Shown here: piece after piece, positions 46,886 to 59,386 of the stretch
Layout: every line of letters begins with the position of its first letter
Numbering within the stretch: the first letter of the stretch is position 1
NCBI GenBank assembly: GCA_051047955.1
Contig: JBPGPT010000036.1
Location: forward strand, 62,001-126,000
Direction of reading: 5' to 3'
Source: Cystobasidiomycetes sp. EMM_F5
Lineage: Eukaryota
Length of the DNA stretch: 64,000 nt
Notes under the pieces: model-generated
Told to the model about the DNA's origin: nothing
The model's database searches: none
The model's input: the letters and a program-made list of their open reading frames with translations, nothing else
Made by a program: the position numbers and the translations under genes

Positions 46886-49180
46886 ATGCAGCAGAACTTC
46901 GCCGTGCTCGGCTGGGAACAGTCACTGACATGGCAGGCGATTCTGACCTCCCTCGTTCTGCTACTGATCTTCTACTACGTCATCTACAATGTCCTCCTGC
47001 ACCCTCTCGCAGGCATCCCTGGCCCCATCTTGGGCAAATACACCGACTTGTGGAAATTCATTCATATGTACAAGGCAGACTTTTCATCAAGCCTAAGTGC
47101 TTTACACTCTCAATATGGGTGAGAGATGCGAGCAACACAGTCGACGTGGTTTGCTTGGCTCATCGTTGACTGAACCACCATCCAGGAAATTAGTCAGGAT
47201 TGCTCCAAACGAGGTTTCCGTGCTTGACGCCAACGAAATCCACCGTATTTACGGTCACGGCACTGCCTTCACTAAGTCTCAGACGTGGTACGCCGCCTGG
47301 TCAGCAAACACCGGGCAAGAGTCAGTCTCGCCTTGTGCTGTTCGTAAAGTCTCGCAGCTAAGTCGAAGCAGGAACCACTTTAGCGATCGCGATCCCGCCA
47401 CGCACGCTCTGCGAAGAAGAGCTGTTGCTCACATATACTCGGTTAACTCCCTGCTGCAGCTAGAGCCCTTCGTCGATACTTGCACAGACACGTTGATTAA
47501 GCAACTAGCGATTAGTGCCGATGCCGGGACAACTGTGGATCTCGCGAAGTGGTTGCACTTTTACGCATTCGACGCAAGTTCAGACTGCCTGTTCAATGGC
47601 TTTAGCTGATGACGGCGCAACACCTCCATCTACAGGTCGTAGGAGAATTAGCATTGGGGCGGAGCTTCGGATTGCTCGAGACAGGAGGCGACGCGACTCG
47701 CGTACTAAACGTCCTCAAGGACCTGCTGGTGTTTAACTCTCTAGCAGGCCAGCTAACGTTCTGGCGTCCAATCTTGTATTCCAAGGCATTTTCCGGCTTG
47801 AAGAAATGGGCATCTGGCGATGCCTCGCAGATTTTCCGGGAATGGGTCAGCAAGCAAGTCTTCCATCGATTGAGAGCCGAGGGGACGGAGAGGGAGCGTG
47901 AGGATATGCTTGGAAGCTTCATGAAGGCAAAAGATTCTACGACTCGCGAGAATCTCGATCCTGGGAGAATCTTTAATGAGGTCTACACGGTACTGTCAGC
48001 ATGTCTATTCCGAACTGCTGATGACACCCTGATTGAATTGCTCGGCATGCGACAGAGGCGCTGGAAGCGATACGTAAGCAAGTTTCCATTACCAAGACAG
48101 GCAGATACAGGAGATTGACTCACCTTTCCAGCACGGCCATTTCCTTGCGCGCATTCATGTTCTATATTCTGCAGAATCCCCAATCCTTAGAGAGGGTCGT
48201 TGACGAGATTGACGAGGCTTACGGTGCCGATAGATTATCGTATGTCTCTAAACCGCAACGTCCAACACAATCGACTTGCTTGACGCCTGCAAACAGTCCG
48301 CGAGTCACTTACGCGGAAGCATCAAAACTGACGTACTTTCAGGCATGCTTGAAGGAAAGCATGCGCCTGCAACCTGCAGTCGGAATGCACTTGCCTCGTG
48401 CCGTCCCTAAAGGTGGCTGTAGTATTAGGTAGCTCTATCACTTTCCGCATGGCTCACGAATAGTGAACTGACATGAATTCTATGAAACAAGTGGAAAGTA
48501 CTTCCCTGGTGGATCGGTAGTTGGGATTTCCCCGAAATTGTAGGCTTGTTTGTTTTGTCTGACTGATTTGCAGCCCACTGTAATTCAACCTGGGACCGCA
48601 GGATTCACCGGACGGAGGAAGCTTACGGAAAAACGGCTCACTTGTGGGATCCGGACAGATGGCTCGATGACAGGGCAGCCAAGTCCAATTCATGTAATTT
48701 GGCAGTGAGTACATCACGTCCCTCAAGAGATCTTAATGTCCTGAATAATAACGTGGGCAGTTCGGGTCTGGCTCTCGAGGTATGCAGTGTAGCACCACTG
48801 ATGCATCTTGTCCATGCTGATGTAAAGCACGATCGCACAGTATGCATCGGCGTGAGACTGTGTTACCTCTGGCTCAGCAAGCCAATGCTGATTCGAGACC
48901 CTCGGCAGAAAAATATTAGTTTGATGGAAAGTAGGCTGGGCTCATATAAGGCGCAGCATTGGGGCACGACTGACTGCATCTGCACGACTTGACAGTGTCC
49001 AAGCTGCTCCCCGTACTCTTGCGGCACTTTCGATTCAAGATCGCAAGGCCTGAGCAACCATGGAAGCAGACTGAGATGTGGTTTGAAGGTAACGCAAATG
49101 TCGAGATGCACAGTCTTCAGCGCTGACTCAGTAATTTAGTGCAAACGGACTTCATAGTCTATATTAATAGTAGATTTTGA
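46886..49180 (+). CDS. Cytochrome P450 (CYP53 clan / pisatin-demethylase-like)
   Basis: TM anchor, HPLAGIPGP, LVRIAPNE, YAFD|VVGEL, AGSDT.A, KESMR, WDPDRW and the heme motif FGSGSR|VCIG|KNIS. Confidence 0.92.
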
Positions 49181-49234
49181 AGTGTGCGTTGACTATGCTG
49201 CTTTGAGTACCGTTCGTTGGAATTGTCTTAAATC

Positions 49235-50651
49235 TCACTGATATAGTATGCCATACATTAGAGTTACGAGTACGAGGGATATCAGAGGCAGAATTTGGTT
49301 AATACTGGTGACCCTACGCTGCGCTGTACCAGGCAAAACAGTTGTAGACGGTAATGCAGTATTGCTGGCTGGCCCTGCCGTTCCCGCGATGGATTTTGCC
49401 GATGAAAGAATAGCGCTGCCAGAGTAAGCACTGTCGCAAGGTAACGTAAAAGTCAGCTACCGCATCATTCATTAATAATGCATATGAAAAGGGAATTAAT
49501 GCGTACCTAATTTGATTGATCTGAATCCACGGCCATTCAAACGATTGCCTCTTCTCTCTTGCGCTCCGGGCATTCTCAAATTGGATGACAACTTGTCTCT
49601 GACCGATGCTGAAGCTAGCAGAGTACGTCAAAACGCAAGCTGCGGAATTTGTCGAAGGAAGGTTGTTCCCTTGGTTGTTTGAGGCGATCGTCGCATTGCC
49701 AGTGAGTCTGACTGGAATCTTGCTTGTGTCTCCGACGTAGATACTATAGGTAGCACCTGCAGTCGCTGACATGGCTACGGTGAAGCCAGTAGCAGCTTCT
49801 GTTGAGTGGATGATGTTTGAGTAAGCCTAGCTGGATGGGTGTTCCTGGATACTCACGGTCAAAATTGATAGTAGCACTCCATACATCGCTCGAACCCGTA
49901 TTAAGGATCCGATGAGGCGCAGTATTCCCACATCCTTGATTGACAGTCGTCCAAATCCCGGAATACGATACTTCAGTATCGAGATTGACATTGCGGATTC
50001 CGCTTGTGGAGCCTGCTGTGACCACGACGCCCGAGGCAGTAGAGGTGGTAGTCCTGGAAGCCGTGCTTGAAGTGCGAGTGATGGCAGCTGAAGTCGATCC
50101 AGGGACGACCACGGTCTCAGAGCGGATGCCGCCTGCAAAAGTGAACAGGAGCAGAATGTCAGTCATATGTATCTGGCACATTGGATTGAGATGAAGGGAG
50201 AGGGCTAGGAAAAGGTAAATAGCCTAGACGTGAGTTTGCTCGAACGTACTGCACTGTTGTCCTATTGGGCAGCAAGCAGCTTGCCCCTGAATTGTCACAC
50301 AATTTTCACTATAGAGAACGCCATGGCAACGCGCGTTAGCTTTGTAGCTTGTCGCGATGAGAGAGCGGGCGTAGATACTCACTTTGAGTAGCAGAAGTTG
50401 CCTCGGTTTCCACAGCATTGCGAGTTGCTGGGAGCACAGTAGTTGTTGGGGCAAGCCTTGGAGCCGGCGCTGCACGACGATTGCCGAGCGAGCAAATGCT
50501 TCTCATTGGAGGTATCGAGTGCTCGAGACTGAATCGAAGGGGCTTGCGGTGCTGTTCGAATAATGGCTGCACCATCTCGACTTGCCAGGACGGCGGCGCA
50601 GAGGACTAGCGCAAGGAGGCCAGAGCGGGAAGTCATGGAAGGAGCGTGCAT
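49235..50651 (-). CDS. Secreted Cys-rich, Ser/Thr-rich, putatively GPI-anchored cell-surface protein
   Basis: Signal peptide, CSAGSKACPNNYCAPSNSQCC..CCPIGQQC, a Thr/Ser linker, a beta-rich domain, and the hydrophobic C-terminus ILPLISLVLVTLMYGILYQ*. Confidence 0.65.
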
Positions 50652-51092
50652 GGTGACGAGTGGATGAATGGAACAGATGTGACCCGTTTGGTTTCAGTGG
50701 GCGTCTACGAGTCTTGCAAGGACCAGCTTGTCAGACTGGACATTGCTCGACGTTTAGCCGTCGTTTCGGATCCCGTTGAGCGTGTCGGTGTGTCTGTGCG
50801 GACAGTCTGCTCGTCAGTTCGGTGCGGCATCGTTCAATGTGGTGTGTGTGTTACTGCTTACAGTATCTGCGGAATGGTTGGCGTCTCTGCGGGGCTGGTC
50901 GCTGGCTGGCGTGCATATCTGGCTCCCGTCAGAGTTGTAGATGCAGGTCTGCGAAGCCAGAGAGCGCTCGAATGTTTGATACAGTCCGCATGTCTTGCTC
51001 GTCTTGACCAAGGCTGAATGACCTTTGCTCCATCTTCTGACCGTCTAGGCCATCTCTGAGCGCCTTCGTTGTCATTTAGTCTCTCGACGACA

Positions 51093-51922
51093 ATGAGGCT
51101 GACCCTCGATATTGCCATCCCGTCAGTGGTCAGCAGTAGCAGCAGCCGAGTCAGCTCCATCAGTCAAGTCAGCAATGCCAAAAGCAACACCAGCTTCATC
51201 GTCGACGGCGGTTCCGACTTGGTCCTCATTGAGCTTCAAGGCCAGCTCCTCGTCGACGGGACAGAGACGAGCAACCCAGATATCGTCAGAGGCAGCAGAG
51301 TTGGCAAGCTCGATATGAGCGACATGGTGAGTTTGACTCAAAGAAATACTAGTACTAGTTGGTGAGGAGCTGAGCCGTTTTCCAGTCGCTGACCATAGGC
51401 CACCATCGCGTTAAGGGATCCCTCGTCAAACTCGCAAATCCAATGGCAATCCTCCGTCACACTCTTCCAAAGCGCACTGACCACACTCCATCAAGCGCAT
51501 TCCCTTCCCCATTCCCTTCCTCGTCTCCAGCTCACGACGCGTTATTACAAAACGATGTCGCGTATACTCCGTCCGCAAAGAGGCGGAGAGTGGACCAGGC
51601 AGACAAGATAGGCGACAACGGCCACGACCATCTCCTGGACCTGGACAACGGAGACGACAGCTTGTCGGATGACGGCGAGCTGGCTGTAGACGAGAATAAC
51701 AAACACGAACCGCAGACATTAGCCACACCCGCCCAACCATCCCGCAATCATCTCCTGCCATCTTCAGCAAGTACAGCAAGCACAAAGCCGCCTGCTACCC
51801 CAGTCAACGTAACAGACCTGAAGCACGGAAAGCACGAAATTGTGGCGATCATCCGGCAAAAACTAGTCTTTTCGAAAAGACCGGAGCCCATCGTAAACCT
51901 GGAAGAGAGTGATGAAGAATGA
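51093..51922 (+). CDS. CTF8: Chromosome transmission fidelity protein Ctf8
   Basis: LVLIELQGQL, VGKLD, GSLVKLANPMAIL and C-terminal IVAIIRQKLVFSKRPEPIV. Confidence 0.85.
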
Positions 51923-52125
51923 GCGGCAGTCATCTTCAGAGTCTGTAGACAAATTGCTTGTTCTGCAGAATTTGCGGCAATCGGCACTTTCCTTTTCCCC
52001 ACTTGCAACCGCTCAGAGACATACTGGAGGCCGGACCTCAATCAAGCTACTTCCGACAGCAGTTCAGTTTCGAGCTACTCCTGACAGCAATACAATTCCG
52101 CCTCATTTCGTTCGCATTACACTGC

Positions 52126-54537
52126 TCAAATCCGCTGCGTTGGCAGCATTCCGTGTTCAACCGTACTCTCTTCGGCTTTCTCGAAGGCAGGCGTGCTAAT
52201 AGGCCCCATTGCTGCCTCTTGGTCTCCGATATACTTGTTTGCAGAGTCGATGTAGGGCCGATCGACCTTTGGTGTCACTAGATTGTGCGATTATCGTGGC
52301 GTCAGCCATTTATAAATTTCAAAATTCCGGTTGCTGTCAGCTACTCACTCTTATCTTTGACGCTCTCCAGACATGCGCAGGTCACTGCAGCAAGGGCTAT
52401 TGGGCCCAGTATGCTATACCAAGCGTATGAGAAGGCATAAGCTTGAGATTCGTAGTACGCCGGAATCACGGCTTGTGCAACCTGAGGAGTCAAGCCGGGA
52501 ACGTTGACAATTAACGCTGGGCTGATCTCAATGAGTCCAAATAAAATTGGGAGCGACGAGGGCGGAAGCCCGGCCTGAAGTGCGGCGGGTCCAACTAATT
52601 CGGGTAACTTCGACGCTAGCTTGCTCGTCCGAATCGTCGAAACAACAGCCGTGCCCACAGTGCCTCCAAAGGCTCTTCCACTAGCTACCAGCGCAGTTAC
52701 TGTTGCAATCAATTCAGGAGGGGCCGATAATTGAACGACCTTGAGAGGATTTCATCAGTAAACAACCACCAGCGTACTGATACTTGTAGTTACCATGTTC
52801 AAGAGTATCAAGGGTGCACAGAAACCGACTCCGGCTACCGCTAGAGCTCCCATGAGGAGTGCGTCGCCACCTGTGCCAGGTTTGCACTGCGAAAGCATGG
52901 CGGCGGCAACGAGGAACAGCGTGAATCCGATAACAAGTGGAGTCCTGGGATCCTTGTACCTCGCGACGTACCAAGAAATTGGGAATGCGCACAAAAATGT
53001 GGCGGCGGTAAAGATGAAAGATCGGGCACCGATTTTAATCGGATCTGATGCATATCCTAGGCCAAGAATTTCTTGCGGGACGTATGCTGCGACGTTCTGG
53101 AGCAAAGAGTCACGTCAGCCTGCAGCCTGCTGAAAAAGGCTATTACTGACTGTGAAGTAGACCCATCCCTCTGACGATGCATAGTCAGTCAGTACTTGAT
53201 GGATCTCAAATTCAGTCTTAGCCCTTTCTTACCCACGGCCAGAGCTATCGAAATGCGATTGTCAGAAATTGGTCGTCGCGCGCTGCTGGGGAGCTCACCG
53301 AAAGTAGCAACTGCAAAGTTGCGACCGAGGCCAAAGATTCGATGGTCGACAATACCGTCTGACCTGCCTTTCCACTCCCATATGCCGAAGGCGACCAAGG
53401 AAGCCAAGCCAATCAACAGCGGAGCCAGAACGGTAGCGCTGCTCCATGCATACTTCTCACCACCCCAATTGAGGGCCAACAGGGTCAGGGCGAGGGCTAT
53501 CACAATGAGCAGCGATCCAACGACGTCAAGGTCGTGCAACAGCTGGCTCATCGTCCGCTTGCGATAATCAGGTGGAGTCGGTGGGCTGAACGCAAAGGAC
53601 TCAGCCTCACCAAGCCTGCTGCTGACTCAAACGCGATGTCCACTCACTTATAGACAAAGACGATACCAAGAAACGTGAGGCCATAGGACGCTGCGAGGAG
53701 CCAATAGACGATTCTCCAACCATTAACAGCGTCCCCTTGCACCATCCCACCGGTCCCAAGCGATCCAATGACCGTGGCAGCATTGGCCGCGTACAGAACG
53801 GTTGCTTGTGCATAAGAGCGTTTGCTATGCGGAAGCACCTCTGATGGAATCGATCTGCGAATAAAACTGCTAAGACTCCACTCTGTTTCGAAAGGCTCGC
53901 ATTCGGCTTACGAGGTCACGCCGACACATGAGATTGCAATCCCAATGAGGACTTGACCAGCAATGACCATCTGCATACTCGTCGCCTTGCCACCGACAAT
54001 CGCGCCAGCTACGCCAAAGAGACAGCACACGGCGATAATGTGCTTCTTCTTGCCGGTCAAATCGGATAGACGAGCCAAGACGGGACTGCAAATGCCAATA
54101 GTATAATTATTATTATGAAACCCGCAAGAGATGGATAGCCGTACGCCAATGCAGCTTGACACAGGGTAGGGCCGGAAATGAGCCATACAGCATCTTGGGG
54201 ATCACCCAGAGATTGTATTATGAAGGCAATGACGCCTGCAGCTCCGGTGATGGACAGAAGAGAGCTGAAAGTGTGAAGTGAAGCGCATAGGATAGCGACC
54301 CAGCCTAGGCGATGGATGGAGAGAAAGATCAGAGAGATCAGTAATATCAGCTGTTGTGCGATGATGCACGGACGCACTTTTCCAAGACACCTCGGGTTCA
54401 GCATATTTGGACCCGCTTGTTCTGAGAGACATTGCGTGAGGGTGCGTTCACGCCAAATTTGCCTACGCGTTCAGAACTTACAAGATTCTCTGAGGATTAT
54501 GTCCACCTTCGTCGTATTCGACTGGTTGTGAAGCCAT
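52126..54537 (-). CDS. MFS transporter, 14-TM Tri12/DHA2-like
   Basis: ARLSDLTGKK, SEVLP, GWRIVYW, LDVVGSLL..LNWGGEKYAWSSATVLAPL, GRAFGGTVGTAV and YAFSYAW. Confidence 0.88.
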
Positions 54538-54839
54538 CTGTCAAACGTTCCTTCTGGGTTGGCACGATGTATGGTCTTGAGTTCAGGGGGGTGCAAAATA
54601 GAAAGAGAGTGAGGAGTGTATGAGGCTGGAAACAGATCCGTTTGATGACCTGTTGGACTTTAGTGTCCCGCAGTATGTACGGGATTCCCTGATTTCGGAA
54701 AATGTGTTATGGTGCCCCGGACGGCAACAAGGGGTCAGTCATCGGATGCGACGTACTTGATGGGACGGAGTTGCCTGCATAGTAGCTTTCTGGCCCTTGT
54801 GCCATTCGGCAAGTCAAAGATCTTTAATAAAAGGTTAGG

Positions 54840-54915
54840 CGGGTCCGCCTGTCCGTCTGCATTTTTTGCGGGGAGAAAGGTCCGCAAGGCAGAAATGGCG
54901 GATTGCGATACTCCG
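54840..54915. promoter_or_regulatory. Two CGG-N10-CCG sites (54840-55, 54869-84) and one CGG-N11-CCG site (54899-915) upstream of the MFS gene
   Basis: CGGGTCCGCCTGTCCG, CGGGGAGAAAGGTCCG and (GG)CGGATTGCGATACTCCG(CC). Confidence 0.45.
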
Positions 54916-55302
54916 CCTCGACGAGATACATTCTGGGAGTGCTCTGGACGTCGGGCTGACAGGATGCCGTACAGTGCAGTCCCTCTCCTGGTCAAAGCGC
55001 TGAAAGCGACCGGTGTTGGCGGGCAACCATGTCAAGTCGTTCCGAAGAAGTCCAAAGAACCCGAGTGGACCGAGTCTATACTGAGGCTGAGCTGTGTGAA
55101 ATGAGTCTGCCCGACTATATGCCTTGTCTGTGTATGACTGCGCCGCCGTGTCCCCCGGGCGACCCCACTACCCCGGCTTTCTGCGCCCCGGCCGACCCCA
55201 GATCTGGACAAGGACAACGCCAACTTGGTGTGCGGGGTAAGCAGCAAGAAGGAGTAGCATAGCCCACAGCAGGCAACGCAGTCAAGCGCACATTCAGCGA
55301 CC

Positions 55303-56358
55303 ATGAGCACCCCAATCGCTATCCCAGGCAGCGATAAGCCCGAGAATGGCAATACTGCAGACGGTGGTGGTGCTGGAGCAGGCCTCAGACGTCGCCAGGG
55401 CAGCGTGTCGGGGTCCACAGACTGGTCGGCGTATGCGAGGAGCCCGTTTGCGTCCAGTCTCGGCGCCGCTTCAGCTGGACATGGGTCTGGATCTATTCTG
55501 ACGATGCTCGGGCTGCGAAACCAGCAGACGAGCCCCGTCACGCCAGCCCAGCAGGATCTCTCCTCGTCTGCTGGGAGCGATGCTACGGCTACGTTTACTG
55601 ACCGCCGGGTGGCCTCGTCGTCGTCGGGGACCTCTGCGACTACCCCATTCATGCACTTCTCCCCGTCCACATCCTCGAGCTCAAGCGGCAGCACGGGCGG
55701 GGCAGACTCTGTTCCAGTTACTCCCCCCTCGTACGGTCATGCTGACCTCGCCCAAGACGGCAACCCCAAACTCGACCAACGTTCGTACGCCCGGGGACGG
55801 GATCTAGACCATTCTCAACAGCAGCACGACCACCACGACGAGATGCACGACATCTTTGACGACTTTTCATCCCCCGCCTCGTCAAACCTCTACTCGCAAA
55901 TGTCGCCGTTGAGCAAGTCTCTCAGCGCGTACGCCTCGTCCAACCCATCTGCGTACGCCGCTCGCAGAGCATCCTTCTCCGACTCTGACCCCGGCACCGG
56001 CAAGCAGCGTCAAGGTATGTTTGGATGGCTAAACAACCCACAGCAACCTGGTAAACTAGCTACCCCCGGAGGCAATGTGGCTACATCTCCATCCGATAAC
56101 AATCCTATGGGACTCTTCAGGAGGCTGTCTCGCTCCTCGCAGCGAAAGGTATGGGAATGCCGTTTGTGATAGAGTGTGGATATTTCTTACTATTCGCATC
56201 ATTGTTAGCCTGTCATTCAGTCCCAGCCAGCCATTACCGCATCCACCGACACCGACAACGATCGTGCAGGTCGCGGCTTGACTCGCACAACGAGCAATCA
56301 ACCTCGCAAACTGTCTCCGATGGGCGAGCGAATGCTCCGTGCTCACTACGATGTCTGA
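55303..56358 (+). CDS. Ser-rich disordered hypothetical protein
   Basis: Starts MSTPIAIP, contains RRAS/RRLS kinase-site-like motifs, and the spliced C-terminus reads RKLSPMGERMLRAHYDV*. Confidence 0.65.
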
Positions 56359-57224
56359 GTATGCCGGCAGGAATGTGGTCCTTGAATGTTTTTTCTCGTT
56401 TGGAATCGCTTCAATTGTACCGTCGCATCTATATTCGTACAGTGCCTCTGTCCTCAAGTACTCCGTCCCGCTTTTGTAATCGACATCAAGACAATCAACT
56501 GCCTTCCTCTTATCTGGTCTGATTCCGCCCGGCAATGCACGCATGCAAAGATTGCAGCAGCCCTTGTCCGAATGCGACAACTTATCGCAGATTCCGTCAA
56601 GTACGCAATACAACAATCCGTCTACCGCGCCTTTCCGACAAAGCAAGTATGCAAGACTAGTACTCTTTTATTCTGTAGCTGAACTTGTCCGATTATGATT
56701 TTTATCGTATCGTATTGCTTCTGCAAACGTTGTTTGTATATAGTGTCGTTTCAAGCTGTTTCAGTAGCCTGGTCAATTTGTTGGCTCTTGCGTCAACCTG
56801 ATGAGGAGGAGCAAGATAGGACATCTTGCTCCTCCTCTTTGTTAGTTTAGCTAAACACATGTCCGTGTGCACTCTGACGTTTCCGAATTGACGTGAACAG
56901 TGCAGAGAGTCGAAGCGCATTCCCGCGTTCATCTGACAAGGTCAGCATTGACGTTGCGTAGACACTTGCCGTTCTTTCGACGCTTTGTGCGGCGTTTACG
57001 TCAAGTCTGCGGAATTCACGAAACAGGTTGGCTTTCGACGAGCACTCAGTAGATTCCATATGTTAATATCAGCTCAAGTCAGCGTAACCGTGCCAGTCAG
57101 CGTTAGTCCAGTCAGTTTGGGAAACACCTTTTGGTCAATCAAAAGTCAAGAGCCAGCTTGGCTTCCGGACAACTGAAGACTGAACTGCGACGAGCCAGCC
57201 AGCCAGGCATCAACGAGCACAAAT

Positions 57225-58772
57225 ATGGCCAACATTGACAAGAAGCTCGTCTTTGAGACGGACGAGCAGGTCAAGGTGTGCCCGACATTTGACTCAATGG
57301 GGCTGAAAGAAGACCTGCTGCGCGGAATATACGCATACAGTGAGTGCTAAGCACTGGATTGTCTTGGATACTCGTAATCTGACAAGATGATCCTTGAATC
57401 ACTTCCAGACTTTGAAAAGCCATCCGCAATCCAGCAACGAGCTATACTGCCAATTACCAAAGGCCGAGGTGGGCTGAGCTTGAATTATGCCCCGTGAACA
57501 ACAGATATACTGATAAACCATACGCAATCCACAGACGTTATCGCCCAGGCGCAGTCCGGGACAGGAAAAACGGCAACCTTTTCCATCTCTGTGCTCCAGA
57601 GAATCGACATCAATGTTCGAGAAACCCAAGCACTCATCCTCAGTCCGACACGAGAGTTGGCTACCCAAGCTCAGTCTGTCGTACTCGCCCTCGGAGACTA
57701 CATGAGCGTACAGTGCCATGCCTGTATCGGTGGAACATCGCTCGGAGAGGACATGCGCAAACTCGACTATGGCCAGCACGTCGTGTCTGGGACGCCAGGA
57801 CGGGTTATAGATATGATTAAGCGGAGGAATCTACGCACGCGAAACATTAAACTCTTTGTTCTCGACGAAGCAGACGAACTGCTCAACCAGGGCTTCAAGG
57901 AGCAAATTTACGACATCTACCGAAACTTACCGCCTCAGACCCAAGTCGTTGTCGTGTCGGCTACGCTTCCTTACGATATTCTCGAAATGACTACCAAATT
58001 TATGACCGACCCAATCCGTATCCTCGTCAAGCGTGATGAGCTGACGCTCGAGGGCATCAAACAATTCTTCGTGGCAGTGGAAAAGGAGGATTGGAAGTTT
58101 GATACATTGTGGTGAGCACGGCACGTCTACCACAGCAATTCAACCCCTGTCCTAAAGTCGATGAATTCGCAGCGACCTTTACGATACTTTGACAATTACG
58201 CAAGCCGTCATTTTCTGCAATACGAAGCGAAAGGTATGCATTCACCGTAACATCGCTGGGTATATCTCACATTCATTGTTTGTGCCCTCAGGTCAACTGG
58301 CTCGTCGAGAAGTTACGAGAGTCGAACTTCACCGTGTCGGAAATCCATAGCGACCTCTCCCAAAAAGAACGAGACCATATTCTAGGCGAATTCCGAGCGG
58401 GTTCCAGTCGCGTATTGGTTGCGTCAGACGTCATCGCAAGAGGTATCGACGTGCAAAATGTGTCGCTTGTCATAAAGTGAGTTGCATCTTGCATAGACAG
58501 AGTGCACAGTCTGACGTTGTTTCGATGTCGCAGCTATGATCTGCCGACAAATCGTGAGAATTACATACATCGTATTGGCCGGTCTGGTCGATTTGGGCGG
58601 AAAGTAGGGCAATTGAATCGTTCACATCTACCGTTCCAACACTGACTGGTCTCAACAGGGTGTCGCAATCAATCTTGTGACCGCAGAGGACATGCGTCTG
58701 TTGCGGGATATCGAGCAGTACTACGGTATGGCACAGATTGATGAAATGCCTGTAAACATAGGGGAGCTCTGA
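57225..58772 (+). CDS. FAL1: DEAD-box RNA helicase eIF4A-III / Fal1
   Basis: [61 protein letters not shown] and [15 protein letters not shown]. Confidence 0.93.
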
Positions 58773-59386
58773 GGGCTGCAGTGTGACGTGTTGTGCACAT
58801 ATCGATGGCGATGTCGATGATAACGTGTGTCTGTACTGTCATGTATGATACCCGACCAAAATGATCGTATTCGTGGGTTGCCGTCCAGATAACCTACGTC
58901 GAGCTGACTCGAGCATCAGAACGTAATCTTGCTGAACCCAACTCACTAACATGAAAGCGCAAACACATAACGTGGCCGTGTTTACTGATCTTCAGCTGAC
59001 GCCGCGAGGCTGACGGGCATTTCCCGCTTTGGGCAGCAGGCGGAGATGGCCATGTCCGGAAACGGCAGCGCGTCAAGATTTGGTGGGCGTGGTCGACGAC
59101 GCGCACCCACGCAGTGACCACCGCGGCTGGTTGGTAAAATGCAGAGCCACGACTTGTGCTGCAGATGCCCCTTGGCCTCCCCGGCCAGATCTATGCCGAT
59201 GCACAGAGGAATGTGCCTGGAATGGGTTGTAGTGATTAATTCGGTAAATGAGCTTCGCTGACAAACACAACGAAACGGTGTTATGCTCGCCGTGTCGAGG
59301 CTAAGAAGTACGCCAACTCTTCTGCTCTTTTTCGCTCGTTTACATCTGCCCTGGCTTCGTTCCGCCTCTAGACCTCTGTTGCTAAA

